Positions 28,579 to 37,879 of a stretch of 64,000 nt of DNA are shown here, one piece after another (the first letter of the stretch is position 1; every line of letters starts with the position of its first letter). The notes under the pieces were generated by a model, which had not been told where the DNA came from, ran no database searches, and saw only the letters and a program-made list of their open reading frames with translations. Made by a program: the position numbers and the translations under genes. The stretch spans positions 32,001 to 96,000 of the IMG/VR virus record IMGVR_UViG_3300028837_002886; one strand, 5' to 3'. Source of the stretch: a virus.

Positions 28579-29672
28579 TATTTCTGCTCCTTTGACATCA
28601 ACTCGATGACCTTGTCTGATTCGTCATCAAACTTGTCGAGATACTTGTCAATGAAATGGTTTCCATCTGGACTGTCGGTCTTTTTGGCCACTTCCTTGAG
28701 GAAAGCCATGTGAATGTCATCCTCCATGTAATCTGTCATGTAGCGGTGGAGGTTTTCCAGATGCTTCTCCATGATCTTTTTCATTTTGCTGATGGTAACA
28801 ACCAGCTCCTGGTTGGCGGCATATCGTTGCTCACGTGCCATCTTCTCGAGCTTCGGTTTGACCTCGTCGTACTTGTTGAGGATGTCCTTTGGATCGACCA
28901 GGTTTTTTTCCTCCAGATACTTCATGAAATGAACCGCGGCGTCAGAGATTATATCGGCCGCGAGGATGTTGGTAACCTTTTTGATACCCAAGTCGCTATT
29001 CATCGCGATAAGGTCAGAAAACTTTTCCCAACTACGAGGAGTAATAAGAAACTCGTCATCGCTTTTAGTCTTGGTTTTTTTGTACAGGTAAGCTGGCTTG
29101 GCGCCAAGGAAAGCGACAACATCTTCATTGATGCTGTTCTTTTCGGCCCACTTTAGCCAACTTGGCAGGTCAGGATCCATGAAGAAATGAATGAACCTGT
29201 TGTTGAGAGCCGGATCTAAATCAACAACATCACAGCCATCTTCTGCTCCCAAGTTACCAGCACAGACAATGTGCCACTCGTCGACGAGTTCAAGGTTTCC
29301 AACCTGTCTGTCAAGAACCAGCTGGAAAACCGTTTGCAGTACATCTGGTGCAGCTCTGTTTAGCTCGTCGAGAAACAGGATGCCTGATGTTCCCTGATAC
29401 TTTGTGGTTGTCTTGAAAGGTAGGAACTCCGGAGGAAGCCATCTTGAGATACTTTCTTCCGGAACCGGGTAAGGAATACCCTTGATGTCGGATGCTTCGT
29501 GTTGTGACAGCCTAAGGTCTATAAATAGGATGCCTCGTTCCTCGGCAATTTGCTTGACGATTGCCGACTTGCCAATACCAGGCACTCCATGAATAAAAGG
29601 GGTGACTGTTTGCTTTCCTTCCAAAGGAAGGACCAGATCAAGTTTCTTTTTTACTTGCTGGGGATTTGCCAC
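28578..29672 (-). CDS. MoxR-like AAA+ ATPase
   Basis: GVPGIGKS, LFLDELNRA, AGN, DPALNNRF, TPRSW. Confidence 0.92.
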   Translation of the reverse strand: MANPQQVKKKLDLVLPLEGKQTVTPFIHGVPGIGKSAIVKQIAEERGILFIDLRLSQHEASDIKGIPYPVPEESISRWLPPEFLPFKTTTKYQGTSGILFLDELNRAAPDVLQTVFQLVLDRQVGNLELVDEWHIVCAGNLGAEDGCDVVDLDPALNNRFIHFFMDPDLPSWLKWAEKNSINEDVVAFLGAKPAYLYKKTKTKSDDEFLITPRSWEKFSDLIAMNSDLGIKKVTNILAADIISDAAVHFMKYLEEKNLVDPKDILNKYDEVKPKLEKMAREQRYAANQELVVTISKMKKIMEKHLENLHRYMTDYMEDDIHMAFLKEVAKKTDSPDGNHFIDKYLDKFDDESDKVIELMSKEQK

Positions 29673-29709
29673 TTGTTTACTCCTTGTGTTGGTTTGTTAT
29701 ATGTATGTT

Positions 29710-30315
29710 TCAATAGCTACCTAATGAAGGCCTATAGTTCTTGTATTTATTCATATGGGCCTTTCGCTTGTTTATGAGATTCCGCCGAGACTTAGCTTTC
29801 GCCAGTTTGTTTAGAGGACCTCTGATTTTGGTTTCATATAAATTCATTATGGGCGATTTTGGATACCAACCGGCTTTGTTTTGTACATCCACGCGCTTCG
29901 CTTCTATCGGATATTTTTCGAAATAAGCATCCATCAGCCAATTGCTTTTGGGTTTTAAACAATCCGGAAGAGACTTTCTGATTGATTCACAGGCGTCTGA
30001 TATAGCCTTCAGAAAATCCAGATAAGAGTTCAGTTCGATCGAATCAAGAGGCGCCCGAGACACTTTGATTTTGGTCAGGTACTTTTTATACATCTTAGGA
30101 ACCAAATAAGTCATCGCGAACCAGTGGACATTTTCAAGTACAGCATTTGTGAGCCGAGTTTGTTTTGATGCTTCTACAATCACAACAATCGCGGCTTCGG
30201 GTATGGAAAAATCTTTCATCAAGTGTTGAATAAATGTCTTGTCATCTTTAGCTAAGGTGTATGGGCCTATTATAGCCTCAGCAAGTGCTTGTTCTGCTAT
30301 TTCTTGTGAATTCAT
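29710..30315 (-). CDS. Hypothetical protein
   Basis: 201-aa ORF. Confidence 0.65.
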   Translation of the reverse strand: MNSQEIAEQALAEAIIGPYTLAKDDKTFIQHLMKDFSIPEAAIVVIVEASKQTRLTNAVLENVHWFAMTYLVPKMYKKYLTKIKVSRAPLDSIELNSYLDFLKAISDACESIRKSLPDCLKPKSNWLMDAYFEKYPIEAKRVDVQNKAGWYPKSPIMNLYETKIRGPLNKLAKAKSRRNLINKRKAHMNKYKNYRPSLGSY

Positions 30316-30486
30316 TTACTTCTCCTCAACTTCATAGGCTTCTCGAAGAAGTGAGTTCCGTTCAATCTCTTCCTTTGTGGGCTTCCAATACTTAGGAGGC
30401 TTTGGCTTAGGAATGTTTGTGACCGGAATGAAATTCATCTTCTTGGTGTTTTTAACCTTATCGTGTTGGTAGTTTTTGTTAGTCAT
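30316..30486 (-). CDS. Small hypothetical protein
   Basis: AGGAGG RBS before MTNKNYQ. Confidence 0.6.
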   Translation of the reverse strand: MTNKNYQHDKVKNTKKMNFIPVTNIPKPKPPKYWKPTKEEIERNSLLREAYEVEEK

Positions 30487-30522
30487 TTTTAAACCCTCCT
30501 GAAAGTTTATCGAACATACTTT

Positions 30523-30551
30523 ATTATAATACAAAACAGAAGGATTGTAAA
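30523..30551 (-). promoter_or_regulatory. Sigma70-type promoter TTTACA-N17-TATAAT
   Basis: Consensus with 17-bp spacer, intergenic. Confidence 0.8.
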
Positions 30552-30557
30552 GGAAAA

Positions 30558-31118
30558 TCAGAGACTTTCGCGTAATATTTTGATGAATTTTTTGATTTTT
30601 GATTCCAGTCCGAGCTTTTTATAAAGTCTCTTGCGGATTTCTTTGTGAGGTTTTATCTGAACTTCGGGAGCTTTGGCCGGTTCAACTTCGTAGATATTAG
30701 AACCGCCTGTTTTGGAGATGGTGCCAACCTTGTATTCGTCCTGTTTATTGAGTACATCATTCTTACCGAGAGCTCGCAGTATGGCTTCAATAACGTTTGA
30801 ATCGGGCTGTCCCCATAGGTTGATTTGAGTTCTTGCCGAGTTGGTTCTACCTCGTATCCAGTTAGCCTTGTCTTCGTTGGATTTCATAGCATCATTATAA
30901 TGCTTCATCATGTTGCTGTGGGTGACTCTTTTAGATAAGACTTCTGCTATGTTAGCAATCGCCTTTCCGTTGAGAAATAATGTGGTTTTGTTTTTATCTT
31001 TATCTGCGTACAAAAGATTACCGGACTTGTATGAGAAAGCTACAACGTTTGGTAATCCGAAATAATGATCGGGGGATGTCTTAAGTTCCGGTTTTTCGGA
31101 GCTGTAAATAGCTTTCAT
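30558..31118 (-). CDS. Hypothetical protein
   Basis: ORF behind AAGATAA and GAGG. Confidence 0.7.
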   Translation of the reverse strand: MKAIYSSEKPELKTSPDHYFGLPNVVAFSYKSGNLLYADKDKNKTTLFLNGKAIANIAEVLSKRVTHSNMMKHYNDAMKSNEDKANWIRGRTNSARTQINLWGQPDSNVIEAILRALGKNDVLNKQDEYKVGTISKTGGSNIYEVEPAKAPEVQIKPHKEIRKRLYKKLGLESKIKKFIKILRESL

Positions 31119-31159
31119 GCTTGTACCTCGTTGCTATTATCTTATAATAATAACACTTA

Positions 31160-32293
31160 TCACTTGTTTTGTAAAGCAGAAAGTATAATATTACTCGCGA
31201 CTTTTCCAGAAGCGTGATTTATGCGCCTCCTGAAATCATTTGTGTTTATGCTCTTACCGCTTAGAAAATATGCCACTCTTTCTCGGAGCTTGTTATAGTC
31301 CAGCGGAACAACAAGTCCCGAGGTGCTGTAAAACTTACCCTGGTCATTTTGAGTGTCTAGTATAACAGTAGGTTTATTTAGAAATATTGATTCAACACCG
31401 GCTCCAGACCAACTAGTTACAACGACTCTCGCCTTCCTCATGAGTTCTACTGAGTTGATTTCGTTTTCGCTGTAAACCTTGTTTACCACACCTTTGAACT
31501 CTCCCTCACAGTCGGCGTGCTCCTTGATTATAATAGGGAGCTTGAAATCCTCCGTGAGTTTCAAAAGATTGAGTTTGCCAAGTATGTTTATTTTGTTTGT
31601 TATACCCTTGCCTTGTGTCAGATATAAAATATAACCTCCTTGTTCAGCGGGATAAATATCAAACAACTTGGTAGGAGAATAACCGGCTATATTGGAGTTA
31701 GGATTATCAAACTCCCTGTGACTGATTTCACCAAAGTTGAAATGATGGTCCACAAAAGGAATCATTTTCTTTTCAACCCAGGTCCCATAACCGTGTTGTA
31801 TGCCTATTTTTAATATATCTATCTGGGGCAGTATTTGATTGTGCACCTTGTTCAAACAAGGAGTTATCAGAGCTTTGACCCTGTATTGTTTGATGGTTTT
31901 CTTGATAAAATCTACCATTGGAGAAACGTCTTTAACCTGAAAAAAGCCACCGTCGACATTCTGCCCGCACATTATTATAATATTGTAGTATCCAAGCCTC
32001 TCGGCTTCCACAATCTCATTGATTGCCATGTGTGTCATGCGAGGACTATCTATAAGCCACAGCACAGCCTCGCCCGATGGGCTGATTATAGGCTCATTCG
32101 CAAGCGCTTTCTTCCACGCTTGGTAGTACCATTTCTTTTCTTCTGGAGATTTGTTCTGGAATTTGAACAAAAAATAACCATCATCGCGAGCTTTTCCGTT
32201 GCTGTTTATAATATTCAACATTCCTGGTAACTTGAATGTCTCATCGGTTACATAATATTTGGTGTCGTATGCTGCTTTGTGTAGTATATTCAT
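31160..32293 (-). CDS. GT-B glycosyltransferase-like protein (capsule/KpsS-like C-terminus)
   Basis: IQHG, IKEH, VVTSWSGAGVESIFLNKPTVIL; start probably MNILHK. Confidence 0.6.
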   Translation of the reverse strand: MNILHKAAYDTKYYVTDETFKLPGMLNIINSNGKARDDGYFLFKFQNKSPEEKKWYYQAWKKALANEPIISPSGEAVLWLIDSPRMTHMAINEIVEAERLGYYNIIIMCGQNVDGGFFQVKDVSPMVDFIKKTIKQYRVKALITPCLNKVHNQILPQIDILKIGIQHGYGTWVEKKMIPFVDHHFNFGEISHREFDNPNSNIAGYSPTKLFDIYPAEQGGYILYLTQGKGITNKINILGKLNLLKLTEDFKLPIIIKEHADCEGEFKGVVNKVYSENEINSVELMRKARVVVTSWSGAGVESIFLNKPTVILDTQNDQGKFYSTSGLVVPLDYNKLRERVAYFLSGKSINTNDFRRRINHASGKVASNIILSALQNK

Positions 32294-33033
32294 TACGTGT
32301 ATCGTCCGTTGTATAGTGCTACTGGGGCGCCGTTCCAACTCCTTTTAATTGTAAAATTTCCTTTTAGGATTTTCTTGGCCACAAGGTTTCGGAACCTTTC
32401 CCAGTTTTTTATGACCGACTTGTATTGTTTCTCGGTAAGGTATTGATGCTTGACGCTATATTTGAGTAAGCTGTTGTAATATCCTCGAAAATGACTCGTA
32501 CACATAGACAGTAATAAGATTTTCTTTTGAAGTTCGTACAACCATGTGGCATTCGCAAAGCTGTCTAAGTTTGCAATGAGCCACTTAAGATTACTTATAT
32601 GTCTTTCTTCTAACTCACATGTCTTGCCGAGTTCTATTATTCTTTTTATTTCAGGATGCGCCTTTTGATGTTGTGTGGCTGTGTATAGAAATGGATGTTT
32701 GCGTAGATTTTCCTGTATTGTGCAGGGTTTCATATTAAAAGGTTTTTGTGTGAAATAGCTATTGTCGTCTATAACAGAACGTTCCTGGCTTCTTTGTTCA
32801 CCTAAAGACAACTTCTCCCAGTCGTTCATTCCAGACGCAGCGGCGCACCTGATGGCCGCGCACAAACGGCATACATGAACATGTTTGTTGATTTCGAATA
32901 CGTATTTTATTTGTTTATTGCAATCATCGCACACTGTAATTTTTGAGGCGTAGAACTTGTTGGTAATCTCGAACGAACACTCTTCCTGTAGATCTTGATC
33001 TGTGCAGCCGGTAATATAAAAAACAGGGTGCAT
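32293..33033 (-). CDS. Cys-containing hypothetical protein with C-terminal AKKIL
   Basis: CDDC...CRLC; LTEKQ. Confidence 0.6.
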   Translation of the reverse strand: MHPVFYITGCTDQDLQEECSFEITNKFYASKITVCDDCNKQIKYVFEINKHVHVCRLCAAIRCAAASGMNDWEKLSLGEQRSQERSVIDDNSYFTQKPFNMKPCTIQENLRKHPFLYTATQHQKAHPEIKRIIELGKTCELEERHISNLKWLIANLDSFANATWLYELQKKILLLSMCTSHFRGYYNSLLKYSVKHQYLTEKQYKSVIKNWERFRNLVAKKILKGNFTIKRSWNGAPVALYNGRYT

Positions 33034-33061
33034 TTCATTCTCCTATGGAACTATGTATGCT

Positions 33062-33778
33062 TCAAGTGGAATCCAATTTATTCGAGGTATCTATCTCAAA
33101 CAGTTTTGTGGGAGTTCCATAGTCAACAAACCTATTTTGTTCGAGGCCTTCGTGTTCTTGAGCAAATGAATCCCAGTTAAACCACAGTTCTGCACCGTGT
33201 TTGCTTAAATATTGACTGGTAAACACAAATAAGCCTATGTGTTTTTTATAAAGCTCAAGCTCTTTGATGTATCCCTCTTCGCTTACGGGGATGACATTGC
33301 GAGAGAAGTACAATGCGTGATTATCGTGGGACGCAACCACCTTGCACGATGAGCTTGTTTCTAAATCTTCTCTGGAGTAAAACTTAGAGTATATCGTGGC
33401 TATTTCGTAGGGATTGTTTTTGAGATATTCTTCAACTGTCGGCCACAATGTATTGATTTCTTTGGGGCTCAATGATGTTTCGGAGGCGGGCCAAGAAATA
33501 TAATAATCAAAAAAGCGATGATTTGTGTAGTACCGATATATTTTTTCAGTCGCGCACGGACCATATGGCATTATTTCTATTTCGACACCCGGAAATTGTT
33601 CTGCATATTTAACAATTGTATTGTCTGATGCCGCAACAGCTATTCTATCTGCGAAGTTCAATTTCACGGCGTGATGTATAGCCCACCACAAAAAAGACTT
33701 GCCATTATACTCGGCAAGCGCTTCTGTTTCATATTTAGTAGATAGATATCTTGCACCGACGACAGCTACCGTGCTCAT
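33062..33778 (-). CDS. kdsB: KdsB-like (CMP-Kdo synthetase) cytidylyltransferase, divergent
   Basis: GARYLST, KVV...ALYFSRNVIP, KHIGLF, EGLEQNRF. Confidence 0.75.
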   Translation of the reverse strand: MSTVAVVGARYLSTKYETEALAEYNGKSFLWWAIHHAVKLNFADRIAVAASDNTIVKYAEQFPGVEIEIMPYGPCATEKIYRYYTNHRFFDYYISWPASETSLSPKEINTLWPTVEEYLKNNPYEIATIYSKFYSREDLETSSSCKVVASHDNHALYFSRNVIPVSEEGYIKELELYKKHIGLFVFTSQYLSKHGAELWFNWDSFAQEHEGLEQNRFVDYGTPTKLFEIDTSNKLDST

Positions 33779-33813
33779 GTTTTCTCCGATGAAATATATA
33801 CAAGCTTAGAGGA

Positions 33814-34215
33814 TTACCAATTGCCTATTTGCTTCACCTTCGGAAATATCTTGTCCCAATCTACACCTGGATATTTCTTTTTCATTCTCTTTACGGCACT
33901 ACTAAATTTGGCCATATATGGATGGGGTTGAAAAGTAACTTCTGGGTAGCTGTTCATGAAATCATGATAAAAACGTCTGAACTCTTTAGGTATGCTTTGC
34001 CACGCTCCCTCAGGCAAATCGGGAACATAGTATTCCATAGCGGCCATTTCTTTCTTGTCCATGATTTTCGGGATAATTCTTTCCTTGCTCTTGTCCATGC
34101 GGACGACTTTGGTGGTGTGCACACCGGCTTTCGGATTAGCCATTGGGTCATCCGATCTTCCTAGATCTACACTGATGATTTTCGTAGCTTCCGATAATGC
34201 GCTTTTGAATTTCAT
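33814..34215 (-). CDS. Hypothetical protein with CTS-like leader
   Basis: MKFKSALSE; behind AAGATAA. Confidence 0.65.
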   Translation of the reverse strand: MKFKSALSEATKIISVDLGRSDDPMANPKAGVHTTKVVRMDKSKERIIPKIMDKKEMAAMEYYVPDLPEGAWQSIPKEFRRFYHDFMNSYPEVTFQPHPYMAKFSSAVKRMKKKYPGVDWDKIFPKVKQIGNW

Positions 34216-34278
34216 TTCAACTACCCTGGGTCGTTTCGATTATCTTTGCCTGAACACCCATTATGCTTAATGGCTCAA

Positions 34279-34614
34279 TTATGACATGTCAACAAAGCTA
34301 CTGAGTTTTTCTCCAATTATATCAGCCAACTTGCTCGCAAAGAGAAGTACGAACTTCTCAACCACGTTTCCTAAAATATAGATAATGGTAACTATGCCAA
34401 ACATCTTGATTACCAAATTAATGTCTAGTACTGTGTCGCTACCGGAACGATAAACGATAAACAAGCTTACGGCCGTTATAAGGAACCAGACAGACCACGA
34501 GATCCACTTGCGCGATCTCATTTTTTTCTCTTGAGACAATCTCTTCATCTCAACTTCTTGTACTGCGACAGCTGCTATCTTTTTTATAGTCGTTTGGCTT
34601 GGATTAACCGGCAT
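34279..34614 (-). CDS. Two-TM membrane protein (holin-like)
   Basis: SRKW followed by two TM helices. Confidence 0.5.
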   Translation of the reverse strand: MPVNPSQTTIKKIAAVAVQEVEMKRLSQEKKMRSRKWISWSVWFLITAVSLFIVYRSGSDTVLDINLVIKMFGIVTIIYILGNVVEKFVLLFASKLADIIGEKLSSFVDMS

Positions 34615-35380
34615 TATGATCTCCTATCAGATCTTTCACTGTGTTTGTTTTATATTTCGCTATCGATGCTAATTCTTTTTTATTTCGCTCTCTGGCGTCC
34701 ATCTCTTTGCGGCCTTGTATGTAAAAGTAATCATCGCCCCCCGCAAAGCCTAACCTATACATATAGAAATTCTTACTGTTGAACCAGTGTATTAATTTAG
34801 GTAACACCATCCACGCCAGGGGTCTTTCACTGTTCTTAAAACTTACACCGTCTTTCTTCTTGAGTGCGAACGACAGGTCGTATTCATCTGACATGCTGCG
34901 GTAATGTTCTCCTTTGAGTTCAAGGCCATATTTATCCAGGATTTTATTAATGGACTTTGTGGGCATGTCTTTTATTTCGCCGCCACCTCTTTGCTGCCCG
35001 TACTCAATGATCTTATCTATCGTCTCAGCGACGGTCATACGGGTAAGGTCCAAGAGCTTTTTGACATTGTTGACTTCTAACTTGAATGGCTCCTCCATGT
35101 TTAAATATAGATGCGTCAACGGCGGCCTCTTTGTGTCTACCCACTTAAAATGAACTACCAAACGCGCTTTAGGAAAATTAGTCCTAAGTGGACCGCCTCC
35201 TTTGCGATAAAAAATAGGGTCCCACATTCCAGACTCGCCTTCTGTTTCGTTGTCTATTGGCCCTATGCGACTTTTCAGCTCTTTGACTAGCGTCTTGACA
35301 AAAGCCGTGGGTTGGTTTGACATAACCTTGGCGGCGTTTACATCCTTAAATTTTTCACTTATCGCTTCTGTTATATTCAT
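34604..35380 (-). CDS. Hypothetical protein with CTS-like leader
   Basis: MNITEAISE. Confidence 0.65.
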   Translation of the reverse strand: MNITEAISEKFKDVNAAKVMSNQPTAFVKTLVKELKSRIGPIDNETEGESGMWDPIFYRKGGGPLRTNFPKARLVVHFKWVDTKRPPLTHLYLNMEEPFKLEVNNVKKLLDLTRMTVAETIDKIIEYGQQRGGGEIKDMPTKSINKILDKYGLELKGEHYRSMSDEYDLSFALKKKDGVSFKNSERPLAWMVLPKLIHWFNSKNFYMYRLGFAGGDDYFYIQGRKEMDARERNKKELASIAKYKTNTVKDLIGDHNAG

Positions 35381-36021
35381 TCTTCAAAACTCGAGTTTAT
35401 TATTTGAGGTTTAATAGGTTCGCTCCAACTCATCATTTCTTCGTCATACTCCACGTTGTTGTTCCAGGCGTCTTGTAGTGCTTCTTCCATGGTATCATCA
35501 CTTACATACTTTCCTAACTCTTGTTCAATCCTGGAGGCAATGCGCGACAGTTCATACGCATAGCTCCAATTCATATTCTTATCTTTTCGGAAAGCATTAA
35601 CAACTTCTTCACCATACTCTGTTTTAAGATTTTCCCAATACTCATCAGCCGCAAAGCCTATTTCGTCATTCACGTATTCATACTTGGTATCGTCAGACCA
35701 ATCATTTTCCTTGGCTTCTTTCTCGAGCTCTTCCATGTCAATCCAGTCGCCGTCTTCTATCTCTTTCATATCATTGAGTATTTTTGTAACTTTTTGTTGA
35801 GCTTCCCAAACAGTGTCTACAATGGCACCAACAGATCGAGTCGCGGCCGGTTTGTTTACCGTTTCATAAAAGATATAGTTCACGAAAGGACTGACATCTT
35901 CCACGATATTATAGATATCATCCATGAAACTATCGACCGCGCCATCGACAACGCTCACCATCCAGCTCGGCATTTTATTGGGCCATTTTATTATGGCATC
36001 AATTAGATTTGTGGCGGTCAT
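35377..36021 (-). CDS. Acidic helical hypothetical protein
   Basis: D/E-rich; ends KPQIINSSFEE. Confidence 0.65.
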   Translation of the reverse strand: MTATNLIDAIIKWPNKMPSWMVSVVDGAVDSFMDDIYNIVEDVSPFVNYIFYETVNKPAATRSVGAIVDTVWEAQQKVTKILNDMKEIEDGDWIDMEELEKEAKENDWSDDTKYEYVNDEIGFAADEYWENLKTEYGEEVVNAFRKDKNMNWSYAYELSRIASRIEQELGKYVSDDTMEEALQDAWNNNVEYDEEMMSWSEPIKPQIINSSFEE

Positions 36022-36361
36022 ATATGCTTTGTTCCCAGTCAGACTTCATGTCAGCTTTCCATTCCATGGCTTCCTCGTAATCGTTTACTTCTATTATTCT
36101 TATATTATGTTTATTCATCTTCTTGCGCAACTTTTCTACTTCTCCCCGTTCAGCTGCAACAATCAAAGCATCGCTGCGCAGTAAAGGGCCATAGTCGCTG
36201 ACCAAAACGATCTGTCGGTCGTTGTGCCTCTCGATGAACTTTCTGATGGCATCATTGGAGCTGCTAATAGATAACTTGGGTAGATCTTCCATGTGATAAA
36301 GCATACGATACCCCTCCCGTGTAGGTCGTAGTGACTGTCTGTAGGCTTCCATCAAAGTCAT
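35999..36361 (-). CDS. Hypothetical protein
   Basis: ORF in operon. Confidence 0.6.
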   Translation of the reverse strand: MTLMEAYRQSLRPTREGYRMLYHMEDLPKLSISSSNDAIRKFIERHNDRQIVLVSDYGPLLRSDALIVAAERGEVEKLRKKMNKHNIRIIEVNDYEEAMEWKADMKSDWEQSIYDRHKSN

Positions 36362-37020
36362 TTGCCACTCCCTGTTAAATACTTTATCAACTCCATTTTA
36401 GGATTATTGCTTATATCTATCTTTAGGTAATCTTGAAAAACCTCCTGACATGATTCGCCAAAATCATACATTTGGTCAAAATTACTAACATGTCTGTTTA
36501 TTTGTTTTTGATACCAGCTTATATCATTCCATGTTTTTTCTATGTCTTCTATGTGTAAATCGCCATGTTCTATGTCAAGCTTGACGCTTTCCCAAAGACC
36601 TAGCTCGTCTACATCCATCTTGCTCGCGATCTCTTCTAAAAACTCATCGTAACTTTCCTGAAGGTCATTGACATCAACATCTTCGGGTTTCAGCGCTTCG
36701 CCCTCTTCCCTGCTGGCTTGTACTATAGAATTGACAAGACCCTTGCGAAAGTCGTCGGCATCTCGTACTAAATCTTTAAACCGACGCATGGCCTCTTTCA
36801 TGGCTTCTTTTTCCTTGCCCAAAGGCAGACCCACCATTTCGTTTAGTAGTAGCGCGGTGAGAGTGTGAGAGCCCGTATCTTCATATATTCGTTCGGCTAT
36901 ATCATTCTGATATGCCATACTGGCGTCGACGACGGCTTCCCATATATCGTTACGCTCTTCAACGGGCAGCAGTTTTTCGTCAGTGGTTACTCTTATATAA
37001 AAAGCTTTTATGTTTATCAT
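36358..37020 (-). CDS. Acidic helical hypothetical protein
   Basis: Ends DISNNPKMELIKYLTG, resembling the end of 40034-40666. Confidence 0.65.
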   Translation of the reverse strand: MINIKAFYIRVTTDEKLLPVEERNDIWEAVVDASMAYQNDIAERIYEDTGSHTLTALLLNEMVGLPLGKEKEAMKEAMRRFKDLVRDADDFRKGLVNSIVQASREEGEALKPEDVDVNDLQESYDEFLEEIASKMDVDELGLWESVKLDIEHGDLHIEDIEKTWNDISWYQKQINRHVSNFDQMYDFGESCQEVFQDYLKIDISNNPKMELIKYLTGSGK

Positions 37021-37568
37021 TGTTCCAACACGTATTTTATTAATTCGCTTAATGATTTTCTCTTATCAATTTTTACATTTTTAAAGTTTTTCTGGGGACT
37101 TGTACACTGTTCATCTACCTTGCTATCAATATCTTTTAAAAATTCATCGAATCGTTCCTGAAAACACTCGACATTAAGATCTTCAAGCTTTAGTTCTTTG
37201 TTCTCTTTCTCTACCGTCGCGTCGACAGTTATAGTCTGGTCTTGTATTTCCTCATTAGCCTCTTGAACCAGCGATGCTGAAATCTTGATTGACTCTGCTA
37301 TTTCAACAGATCCTTTCCAAGGAGTAAAATAATTACCGTCAACAATAACCTCTAATAAAGCCATGTCATATATTTTAAACGAGTCTCCAAACTCTATGAG
37401 CGGAGGAACAACAACTTTGGCGGAATCGCCTTCAACCATTGCCGTAATCGTCGTGCTCAAGCTTTCGGAAGTCGGTAACACCAATTTTACAGTTGGAGTA
37501 GAGGCGCTGCCAACAATATTTAGCTTAAAGTTTAACTTCGTGGATTTATCTTTAAATATTTTAATCAT
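37017..37568 (-). CDS. Probable virion protein (beta-sandwich N-terminus)
   Basis: LEVIVDGNYFTPW motif; ends ELIKYVLEQ. Confidence 0.55.
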   Translation of the reverse strand: MIKIFKDKSTKLNFKLNIVGSASTPTVKLVLPTSESLSTTITAMVEGDSAKVVVPPLIEFGDSFKIYDMALLEVIVDGNYFTPWKGSVEIAESIKISASLVQEANEEIQDQTITVDATVEKENKELKLEDLNVECFQERFDEFLKDIDSKVDEQCTSPQKNFKNVKIDKRKSLSELIKYVLEQ

Positions 37569-37582
37569 TATTTATTTTGTCG

Positions 37583-37879
37583 TTAAGTTGGTTTGACTAG
37601 CCTAACCGCGACACCTCTTTTAATTAGTTTAGCTTTACACTTAACGCCATCTGAAGGAGTCACTTCAATAAGCGCCGTTTCAATCACTAGCCAATCGTCT
37701 TCTGGTCGAACACGAACATCGAGCGGGGGGACATAACCTACTCCGCCTCCAATCACGTCAACAGGTTCAGGAATTTCGACAGCTGCTTCCCAATATATGA
37801 ATGCAATACCAACATTAGAATTAATAAAAGGTATCATAATGCCACCCTGCCGCCTAGACTCAAATCGAACTTTTTCCAT
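37583..37879 (-). CDS. Hypothetical protein, probably virion-associated
   Basis: Follows the LamG gene; start probably MIPFINS. Confidence 0.5.
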   Translation of the reverse strand: MEKVRFESRRQGGIMIPFINSNVGIAFIYWEAAVEIPEPVDVIGGGVGYVPPLDVRVRPEDDWLVIETALIEVTPSDGVKCKAKLIKRGVAVRLVKPT

